Made by a program: the position numbers and the translations under genes
In this document: positions 56,555-64,000 of the stretch, piece by piece
Position numbering within the stretch: position 1 is the first letter of the stretch
How the letters are laid out: every line of letters begins with the position of its first letter
Notes under the pieces: model-generated
The model's input: the letters and a program-made list of their open reading frames with translations, nothing else
Databases searched by the model: none
What the model was told of the DNA's origin: nothing
NCBI GenBank assembly: GCA_964621445.1
Contig: CAZUNO010000001.1
Coordinates: 72,496-136,495 of the forward strand
Reading direction: 5' to 3'
Origin: Candidatus Hadarchaeota archaeon
GTDB taxonomy: Archaea; CAYQAE01; CAYVLA01
DNA length: 64,000 bases

Positions 56555-57244
56555 ATGAGGAATCCGAAAGTGGTAGAGATAAAAGAGGTCAATGGATTCG
56601 TTTTCGATTTGGACGGCACTCTGGTTAATTCATTCCCTGGACATGTGGAGTCCTGGACCAGGGCCATTACAGAATTTGGTGTTTCGGCAACTGAGGAAGA
56701 GATAAGGTCTCAAATGGGAAAATCCAGCAGAGATATATCGAAAGCACTGATGGGTGGAGCAAGTCCAGCTGAACTGGAGGAGGCCTCGAGGCGCAAGGAT
56801 CAGATATATCTTAAGATAATTCCCGGTTTTCTGGAGGCAAAGGAGGGCTCCAGGGAAACCCTTGTAGAGCTTAGGGAAAGGGGTTATGAGATATCCGTGG
56901 CCTCCTCAAACCCAAGGGATGTAATCCAGAGAAGTCTGAAAACCGTCCGTTTGGCGGAACTGACCGGTCCCCTTGCCAGTCAAGATGAGGTAAATAATGG
57001 AAAACCAGCCCCTGACATGTTCTTGCTTGCCTCCCAAAAGATGGGTATAGAGGGACGAAGATGTGCTGCTGTAGGGGACACCGTATATGACATCGAATCT
57101 GCGAGAGGAGCTGAAATGTTAACGGTTGCCTACACCGGAGGATGCAACGAACGCTCCCAGCTAGAGGATGGGGGACCCGACTTTATAATCAGTGATCTTA
57201 GGGAGCTGTTGGACATTTTTCCTAGTAGGGCCGGAGAGCTTTAG
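56555..57244 (+). CDS. HAD-family phosphatase (beta-PGM/Gph-like)
   Basis: FDLDGTL, ASS, GKPAPD, VGDTVYD. Confidence 0.9.
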   Translation: MRNPKVVEIKEVNGFVFDLDGTLVNSFPGHVESWTRAITEFGVSATEEEIRSQMGKSSRDISKALMGGASPAELEEASRRKDQIYLKIIPGFLEAKEGSRETLVELRERGYEISVASSNPRDVIQRSLKTVRLAELTGPLASQDEVNNGKPAPDMFLLASQKMGIEGRRCAAVGDTVYDIESARGAEMLTVAYTGGCNERSQLEDGGPDFIISDLRELLDIFPSRAGEL

Positions 57245-57324
57245 GGTAATTGAGATGCCCTGGTTTTTCACAGGCCTGATGGAGGGCCTATTGATGCCTA
57301 GATTCCATAACGTGGCGATACAAC

Positions 57325-57909
57325 TCAACAAGATTTGATGCCGAAAATTGCGAGGCAGGGATTTCTTTTTCCGGTCAAGTCAAGCAATTTTTTCCAATAG
57401 GTCTTGGCCTCTGGGACGAATTTCTCTGAGGAAAGCATCTCCGTCAACCGATGTGAATCATAAAAACCGGTCGCACAGGGGTTTACCTCATCACTGGGCA
57501 CTAGGTTATCATCGACAAGGGCCACGAAGCAATAGTTGACCTCATGGGCCGCCGGCGAGTAAGTGGGATTGTCAAATGCCTTGATCAGCCTGTGATTCTT
57601 GCTGACAACGGAGACTCCTACCTCCTCCTCAAGTTCTCGCATGGCCTCCATACGGAGTATAGGCCCCGGTTCGGATAATAGGCCAAGATCGAACAGCACA
57701 TGTCCAGATGCTGAATCGGTGTATGCACCAGGATAGGTTGGGCGAGACAGGGATCGTTTCTGCACCAGATATTCTCCATTCTCATCGAATGCCAGGACCC
57801 TTACCACCAGATGATCCAGGGTGAGGTTATGGGCATTTTCCCGGGGGAACGGGTAGAAGCTTCCATTGCGCCCTACACATGCTAGTAGCTCGCTTTCATT
57901 AGATCTCAT
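57325..57909 (-). CDS. NUDIX hydrolase (IDI-1-like)
   Basis: LVQKRS, SASGHV, AMRELEEEVG Nudix box. Confidence 0.82.
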   Translation of the reverse strand: MRSNESELLACVGRNGSFYPFPRENAHNLTLDHLVVRVLAFDENGEYLVQKRSLSRPTYPGAYTDSASGHVLFDLGLLSEPGPILRMEAMRELEEEVGVSVVSKNHRLIKAFDNPTYSPAAHEVNYCFVALVDDNLVPSDEVNPCATGFYDSHRLTEMLSSEKFVPEAKTYWKKLLDLTGKRNPCLAIFGIKSC

Positions 57910-57922
57910 GTGATCCGCCTTA

Positions 57923-58738
57923 CTATAGCTGCATTATCATGTTCAGGCTGGAGGAGGTATCGGAAAGCATCTTCTCTGGAAATAGGTCGAAGGCACTAAG
58001 CTCAGCCACCAGGTAGCCATCATATCCTACCTTTCTCAGTGATTTAATTACCAGTTTCCAATTTACGTCCCCCTGCAGTAAGTAGGTGAATCCCTTAATG
58101 TTGCCTATGTCGGTGGAGAAGTCCTTCACATGAACGCAGGATATGAAATCGCCCAATATCTCTATCCAATCCTGGGGGTAACCAGAAACCAGGACGTTGC
58201 CCACATCGAAGTAGGCCCTAACGTATTCGCTTCCCACTTCATGGATATAGCTCCTAAACTCAAGAGGACTGAGGAGGAACTTGTTCCAAACATTTTCGAT
58301 GCCAATGTTAACGCCCAGGTTTTCGGCTTGGGGTGCCAGCTCTCGCAGGGCATTCTGGGAGCGTTGGTAGGCCTTTTGGTAGGTGACATTCTCATTTACC
58401 ACGGCCGGAACAACCAAAACGGTCTTGGCACCCAGTATGGAGGCGGCCTGCAGACTCTTCTCAATTGCTTCCATACCGCGTTTTCTTATGGCCTTCTCGG
58501 GGGAGGAAAGTGGAAATTTCCAGCCTAACCCGCTGGCTATGCTCGGGGCGTCGAGGTCGTAACTCTCGATAAGGTCCCTCTGGGATTTGATCTCATCTCG
58601 GGTTGTTCTCAAATCCAGTATGCCATTCTCCGATATGGCTAGTTCAATACCATCAAACCCGGCTTCCTTTGTCTGGCTGAGCATATCCTCAAGGGATGTT
58701 TTTTCAGGAAAGCCCCAGGCATTCATACCTTTCTTCAT
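57923..58738 (-). CDS. Sugar phosphate isomerase/epimerase (AP_endonuc_2 TIM barrel)
   Basis: AGFDGIEL, IENVWNKFLLSP, YFDVGN, VHVKDF, GDVNW. Confidence 0.9.
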   Translation of the reverse strand: MKKGMNAWGFPEKTSLEDMLSQTKEAGFDGIELAISENGILDLRTTRDEIKSQRDLIESYDLDAPSIASGLGWKFPLSSPEKAIRKRGMEAIEKSLQAASILGAKTVLVVPAVVNENVTYQKAYQRSQNALRELAPQAENLGVNIGIENVWNKFLLSPLEFRSYIHEVGSEYVRAYFDVGNVLVSGYPQDWIEILGDFISCVHVKDFSTDIGNIKGFTYLLQGDVNWKLVIKSLRKVGYDGYLVAELSAFDLFPEKMLSDTSSSLNMIMQL

Positions 58739-58789
58739 ATAGACGCCGATTACCGGGAGCTAGAACATTCTAAAATGTGTAACGTTAGC

Positions 58790-60262
58790 TTAATCACTTT
58801 CCAGATCCTTCAATTTTGCGGCAATGATTCTATTGGTGATCTCCGGGTCGGCACTTCCCCTAGTTTTTTTCATAACTTGACCAACCAAGTAGTTACGGGC
58901 CTTATCCTGGACTAGAGCATCCTCCACGGCTTCCGGATTCTCCTGGAAGACATCTTCTACGATTTTCTCTAAATGTGATGAGTCACCAATTCTTTTCAGT
59001 TCCTGGTCTTCCACGATCTTTCTGGGCCGGTTGCCGGTATCAAGCATGTCCCGCATCACGCCTTTGGCCATCTTACCACTGATGGTCCTTTCATCAATCA
59101 TTGTTAGAAGCTCAGCAATGTGCTGGGGTGTTGTGGGAAGCTCATCCATTTCCATACCTTTTTCATTCATATATCCCAGGAGTTCGGTCATCAGCCAGTT
59201 GGAAACCTTCTTTGGCTCATCATAGATGGCGACGCATTCCTCGAAGAAGTCGGCCAATTTCTTGCTACCAGTTAGTACACCGGCATCGTATTCGGGAATG
59301 CCGTATTCGTCCTGAAAGCGGGCAGCACGAATGTCGGGCAGCTCCGGCATTGACTCCCCTGCCGAGTTAATCATGTTCTGGGTAATTTTGATTGGCATCA
59401 GATCTGGATCTCGGAAATAGCGATAGTCCTCCACGGTCTCCTTTGATCGCAGGGAAACCGTGATTTTCTTGGTCTCGTCGTAATGTCGGGTTTCTCGTTT
59501 TATGCTTCCACCTCTTCTCTTGAGGCTTCGCTGTCTGCTTATCTCAAAACTCAGGGCTTTCTCAACGCCCTTGAAGCTTGAGATGTTCTTTACCTCCACC
59601 GTCTTGCCCCCTCCCACCGAGATGTTGGAATCAAATCGCATTGACCCCTGCAGGCTTCCATCCGTGATGCCCAGATGTTCGACGATGTTTCTAAGCTTTT
59701 GGGCAAAAAGTCTGGCTTCCTTTGGCGAGGAGATATCCGGTGCGGTGACTATTTCACAGAGCGCAACCCCGCTTCTATTGTAGTCCACTAGCGTCTCCGG
59801 GCTTGTAGTTATAGATCCCTTGAACACGTTTCTGGCCGGGTCTTCCTCGAGCTGTATCCTCCATATGCCTATCTCTTTGCGCTGACCGTTTAGGTTAAGG
59901 TCTAGGTGGCCCTTCCTGGCGATGGTCTTTGAGCCATCCGGCGCCTCGTACATCGATATCTGGTAGTTCTTGGGAAGGTCGACGTAGGTATAGTTCTTGC
60001 GGAAGAAGGATGAAAATTTAGGTATCTTACAGTTTAGGGCATGGGCGATCATTAGCGCCATTTTTATGGCCCTTTTATTTGGCACTGGAAGGCTACCAGG
60101 TAATCCTAGGCAAACCGGACATACGCAGGTATTGGGGTCACGGTTTCTGTAATCAGCTGAACATCCACAGAATAGCTTAGTCTTGAGCTTGGTCAGCTGT
60201 ATGTGGCATTCCAGCCCAATTTTTACCTCCTTATCCTCAATTTGGGTTGATACCGCTTCCAT
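58790..60262 (-). CDS. gatB: Asp/Glu-tRNA amidotransferase subunit B
   Basis: IGLECH, CPVCLGLPG, DLPKNYQIS, LEED, DYNRSG, EVKN, DYRYF, VGQVMK. Confidence 0.96.
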   Translation of the reverse strand: MEAVSTQIEDKEVKIGLECHIQLTKLKTKLFCGCSADYRNRDPNTCVCPVCLGLPGSLPVPNKRAIKMALMIAHALNCKIPKFSSFFRKNYTYVDLPKNYQISMYEAPDGSKTIARKGHLDLNLNGQRKEIGIWRIQLEEDPARNVFKGSITTSPETLVDYNRSGVALCEIVTAPDISSPKEARLFAQKLRNIVEHLGITDGSLQGSMRFDSNISVGGGKTVEVKNISSFKGVEKALSFEISRQRSLKRRGGSIKRETRHYDETKKITVSLRSKETVEDYRYFRDPDLMPIKITQNMINSAGESMPELPDIRAARFQDEYGIPEYDAGVLTGSKKLADFFEECVAIYDEPKKVSNWLMTELLGYMNEKGMEMDELPTTPQHIAELLTMIDERTISGKMAKGVMRDMLDTGNRPRKIVEDQELKRIGDSSHLEKIVEDVFQENPEAVEDALVQDKARNYLVGQVMKKTRGSADPEITNRIIAAKLKDLESD

Positions 60263-60301
60263 GCTCTATTCCTTTAAAACGGTTCGAAAAAAGCTTTATA
60301 T

Positions 60302-61099
60302 GTGTCTCTTCCCGAAGCTGGTTTCAGGAAAGTAGGGATAATATTGACATTCTTCGGATCAATTGCCGAAGAAACACTAGTAAGGCTTCTTCTGGGGACG
60401 GCTCTTTGCACTGCATTAGCCTATGGGGCTAGGAGAAAGGGAGCCCTAAACAGCAGCGGTGCCATCGTCGCCTGGCTTCTTGGGATATCCATAGTTGGGT
60501 TAGTAGGTTTGAGCTGGTTAATCATCATACTGGTATTTTTCGTCGTGGGTGCCATTTCCACCAAATACAAGTACGGGATGAAGGAAGAGATCGGGGTTGC
60601 TCAGGATAGGCTCGGTGCCCGGTCCTGGAGGAATGTCATGGCCAACGGGATCACCCCTCTGGCTTTCGTAATATCCGAGTTCATCTATCCGGGAGCAATA
60701 TTCTTGGTGGGATATCTGGGAGCGGTTTCAGCGGCCCTGGCCGATACGGTATCCAGCGAGGTTGGGCTTACAAGTGCTAGGGACCCCAGGCTGGTGACCA
60801 GCTTCAAGAAGGTGAAACCAGGAACCCATGGTGGCATCTCTCTCCTTGGAACCGGGGTTAGTCTTCTGGGATGCCTTCTTCTTGGAGTAGTTGCCTGGTA
60901 TATGCGAATGGAGCCCGTGAACTGGGAGCTAATCCCGATTATGGTCTTCTGCGTAGTAGGTGGCATGTTAGGGTCATTGGCCGACAGCATATTAGGAGCT
61001 CTATTTGAAAGGAAACAGAAGATGTCCAATTCACAGGTGAACCTTGTGGCCACATTGGTGGGTGGCATTGCGGCGATTGCAGTTTATCTTACGCTCTAA
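60302..61099 (+). CDS. DUF92 / TIGR00297 membrane protein
   Basis: RSWRNVMANG, ADTVSSEVG, PGTHGGIS, DSILGA, VNL. Confidence 0.9.
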   Translation: MSLPEAGFRKVGIILTFFGSIAEETLVRLLLGTALCTALAYGARRKGALNSSGAIVAWLLGISIVGLVGLSWLIIILVFFVVGAISTKYKYGMKEEIGVAQDRLGARSWRNVMANGITPLAFVISEFIYPGAIFLVGYLGAVSAALADTVSSEVGLTSARDPRLVTSFKKVKPGTHGGISLLGTGVSLLGCLLLGVVAWYMRMEPVNWELIPIMVFCVVGGMLGSLADSILGALFERKQKMSNSQVNLVATLVGGIAAIAVYLTL

Positions 61100-62187
61100 C
61101 TTTCATCTCTCAGGGTTGCATCGGCAACGAAAATTGATTTTGATGGAGAGTATGATTCAACCTTTCTCAGGTCCTTTATTTCCAGATCCCATTTATGGTT
61201 AAGCTCCGTCCTAATTGTCTCTAAGGGATTATCATTTTCCAGTAGGCGGTAGTAATGAACGGTGCCCCCCGGCTTTAGGGATTCGAGAGCCGGTACCAGG
61301 TAGGTATTTGAGGATTTGGGTAGATTCATTATCACCCTGTCTGCTTTCCCCTGAAGATAGGCGATTCTTGGTGCTTCCTTCCCGGCGTCCCCAAGTATTG
61401 CGGTTACGCCACTCGTGCCGTTCATCCGGATATTACGGATAAGGTGCTTCATAGCGTGGGGGTTTATGTCGATTGCGAAAACCCGGGGTTCTTTTTCCGA
61501 TCTTGCAGCAATGGTGATGGAGAAGGGACCGACGCCAGCGAACATGTCTATGATGATATCTTCATCGTTGCATAGATTTCTGACCCTTTCCCTCTCCGTG
61601 GAGAGCCTAGGGTTGAAAAAGACATTGGAGAGATCAACGGAAAACTCAAGGCCGTTTTCCTTGTGTACGGTGCTAAGATCCCGTTTACCGGCTATGACTT
61701 CAAGTTCTTTTACCCTTTTCCTGCCCAAGGTGGGTGATCTCTTGACGGCAATGGTTCTAACCGGGAGCCATCTCAAAAGAACGTCCCCGATATCGCTCTT
61801 TATGCCTGAAAGCTCCGATGGCAATTCGATAACCGCTATACCTCCAATTATGTCATAAGAGCTGCCGATTAGTTCCAGTTCATGGGGGTCGAGCAGATCC
61901 TCCAAAGCCTCTTTAATGCATCTGGGCTTTTTACTCCTGGGTTGGAACCGGCGGGTTACCAGTTCCGCGCCTTTAAAGGATAATTCCCTCCTCACATCCG
62001 CTCCCTCCTTAACCGGAAAAATAACCTTTTCGCCCTCTCTGATTACCTTCTTTGACCCGTCGAGCAGTTCCAAAGAGGTAAGCATGCACTTGAGGTCCTC
62101 GGCCGCTTCTCGGTCAACCATGAGGCCTTTCGAGCATGGTCCTTCCATCCATATGGCCTCTACCGTGGCGCTAATAATTGTCATCAA
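61096..62187 (-). CDS. trm5: tRNA (guanine-37-N1)-methyltransferase Trm5, full-length with D1 domain
   Basis: VIFPV D1 region, SSYDIIG, HKENG, FNPRLSTER, DMFAGVGPF, DINP, VIMNLP. Confidence 0.9.
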   Translation of the reverse strand: MMTIISATVEAIWMEGPCSKGLMVDREAAEDLKCMLTSLELLDGSKKVIREGEKVIFPVKEGADVRRELSFKGAELVTRRFQPRSKKPRCIKEALEDLLDPHELELIGSSYDIIGGIAVIELPSELSGIKSDIGDVLLRWLPVRTIAVKRSPTLGRKRVKELEVIAGKRDLSTVHKENGLEFSVDLSNVFFNPRLSTERERVRNLCNDEDIIIDMFAGVGPFSITIAARSEKEPRVFAIDINPHAMKHLIRNIRMNGTSGVTAILGDAGKEAPRIAYLQGKADRVIMNLPKSSNTYLVPALESLKPGGTVHYYRLLENDNPLETIRTELNHKWDLEIKDLRKVESYSPSKSIFVADATLRDES

Positions 62188-62314
62188 CTTGAACCAGGGT
62201 GATCCTAGGGACGTAAGAGTAATAAGAAGTAAAAAGAGGTATGAAAATTGGATTTCGATGGGATCGCAGGAAGAAACGCCCCCCTACTGGAAATTTGGCG
62301 CCACTAGGTCAGAT

Positions 62315-63541
62315 ATGGGTAAAATATTTGTTTTGATTGGGGCGGTTTCTCTGTTTCTATCATGCTGCTTGGCTTCCGGGGAGAAGATCAATATCCTTTT
62401 GACTGGTCACTTCCAGGACCATTCCAATCAGCTCCCCAAATTTTTCCGGGAGGAACCGATCATAGAATATACAGGCGTGCCCACAAGAGGGGTTAAGGGT
62501 GGGATGGAAGTGTTGATGAAATTCATTCGTCAGTATTTTCCGAGGTCCTACCAGGAGATGAAGGAATATGACTTCATTTTCCTAAACTCCCCGGAGTATT
62601 ATGTGTTCACCACCAAGCAGGACAAGTGGATGCACGACGCAGTTTTGGAGGGGGCGGGCGGATTTAACGATGCCAGTGTTTTCAGCGTGATAACACAGAT
62701 ACACGGCGCCTGGGCCGCATCTCTTCTCCAGCAAGCATTCCCCAATGATGCCCCAGCAGTGGTGGCCCGAGGGGGCGGCGGGGAAAGTCCCCTAAATTAC
62801 TTTGCAGTGGTCATCAACAGGAATTTCCCGGACCCGGTTTTAACCCCCTTTATACCCTACGGGGTGGAGCAGGTGCCTGGCGACTGTTCCAGGTACGTTA
62901 TCCCCAGGGAGACCGCAGGGACCCTGGCCTGGCAGGTTGGGAATTTCCCTGGACATGGCAAGGTGCCTTTTATCGTGGTGTGGGATTACGGTGAGGGGCG
63001 GACGGTGACCACGGGGTCCTGCCTACATGCCACGGGTGGCTGGTTCAGCCGTCCCCAGAGCAGCTCCGACAACCAATACGCGGCGGAGATCTTCATGAAC
63101 CTGATCTTCTATTGCACGGACCGAAACCTGATTCAGGATGTGGAGGTCTTCCATAGATTGAAGTCCACGTTCAGGGAATTCAGGAACAAGATGGCAATAC
63201 TGATATCTCTAAAGGACTTCGTGGAGAGATTTGGAGCAAATACCCATAAGGTCCAGCAGAAGATATGGGACCTGGAGATCATGGAGGAGAAGGCCAGAAA
63301 CCATTATCTGAATCAGGAGTTTGTGGAGTGCGAATCAACCATGAACCAGGCCTTCGATTACTTCTCGGAAGCAGAAGAGGCAGCGAAGAAGCTGAAGGAA
63401 AGCGCCCTGTTATGGGTTTACGTAATAGAGTGGGCGGTTACCACGTCCGTCCTTCTCATATCCAGCTACATACTCTGGACGCTGATGGTAAGGAGGAGGC
63501 TCTACCAGGCGGTTAGAACCACCAAAATGCAGGAGAGTTGA
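62315..63541 (+). CDS. Paralog 3 of the uncharacterised exported, C-terminally anchored family
   Basis: ATG 62315 begins a signal peptide (MGKIFVLIGAVSLFLSCCLA); RQYFPRSY, FVERFGA, ALLWVYVIEW, LWTLMVRRRLY. Confidence 0.85.
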   Translation: MGKIFVLIGAVSLFLSCCLASGEKINILLTGHFQDHSNQLPKFFREEPIIEYTGVPTRGVKGGMEVLMKFIRQYFPRSYQEMKEYDFIFLNSPEYYVFTTKQDKWMHDAVLEGAGGFNDASVFSVITQIHGAWAASLLQQAFPNDAPAVVARGGGGESPLNYFAVVINRNFPDPVLTPFIPYGVEQVPGDCSRYVIPRETAGTLAWQVGNFPGHGKVPFIVVWDYGEGRTVTTGSCLHATGGWFSRPQSSSDNQYAAEIFMNLIFYCTDRNLIQDVEVFHRLKSTFREFRNKMAILISLKDFVERFGANTHKVQQKIWDLEIMEEKARNHYLNQEFVECESTMNQAFDYFSEAEEAAKKLKESALLWVYVIEWAVTTSVLLISSYILWTLMVRRRLYQAVRTTKMQES

Positions 63542-63640
63542 GAAGGGGGTCCGCCATTACAATTGGAATTTTTGGTAATGCGGACGACTATTGGTCGTCT
63601 TTTTGAATGAACCTGAGTGATTAAGTAATGGGGTATTCAT

Positions 63641-63874
63641 TTGAAATGGTTAAGATGTTCAAATTGTGGAAACGACCTATTTAGGATAAGCAAGACTGGA
63701 ACCGCGAAATGCTCAGAATGTGGAGCTGAGCTGGATCCCTGTTCAGGGGATGGTGGGGGTACCAAGCCGGGCGGCCCGGTTAAAAAACCTGATTTGCCAA
63801 AACACCCCGATATAAAGGGGCCCCTATGGTATTCCAAGGGCGGGGACAGGAAAAATTCCCCCGGCAGGGAGTGA
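63641..63874 (+). CDS. Small Zn-ribbon protein with a Gly/Pro-rich tail
   Basis: CSNCG...CSECG, then GGGTKPGGPVKKPDLP; TTG start. Confidence 0.55.
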   Translation: MKWLRCSNCGNDLFRISKTGTAKCSECGAELDPCSGDGGGTKPGGPVKKPDLPKHPDIKGPLWYSKGGDRKNSPGRE

Positions 63875-64000
63875 TTCGGCCTGCGGAAACAGATAAGAGA
63901 CCGATAACCGATTGGTATCGGCGGGACCGATAAATCGTTCCCTCCAAGAAAACCTGATTCAATCTATTCAGGCGTTGTAGGAAAGGTTCAAATTGAGCAC

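Noticed and set aside
61916-62314. N-terminal 133 aa of the 541-aa ORF
   Set aside because: It overlaps trm5 on the opposite strand; the signal peptide and paralog alignment put the start at 62315.
1-64000. CRISPR arrays, rRNA, IS elements and the many short antisense or overlapping ORFs in the track
   Set aside because: No spaced repeats, rRNA-like tracts or transposase motifs were seen; the short ORFs are shadows of well-supported genes.

Overview
Gene-dense chromosomal window from an apparently anaerobic, heterotrophic archaeon. Archaeal markers include rps3ae, rps15, TiaS, Pcc1, two Trm5-family enzymes, a COG1395 HTH regulator and an archaeal-type tRNA-Leu(CAG). Core translation and tRNA-modification genes are interleaved with sugar/ester catabolism genes of bacterial character, oxidative-stress genes (superoxide reductase, ferritin, rubredoxin), and an Hsp20 plus Phr-like heat-shock module with a candidate operator. 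The main unusual observations are four. (1) A five-gene NiFe hydrogenase with HydC-B-A-S-L architecture whose flavin subunit keeps bifurcating-type NADH/FMN motifs but lacks the C-terminal Fe-S domains; it is preceded by a 29-bp palindrome and an orphan RHH regulator. (2) Three dispersed paralogs of an uncharacterised exported, C-terminally anchored protein family with a conserved membrane-anchor motif, one frameshifted at a G5 run. (3) A transaldolase-PGI fusion whose transaldolase catalytic residues are substituted. (4) A bacterial-type LigD ligase-polymerase without Ku in the window. I saw no CRISPR array, integrase or transposase. All product calls come from motif recognition by eye, not from database searches.
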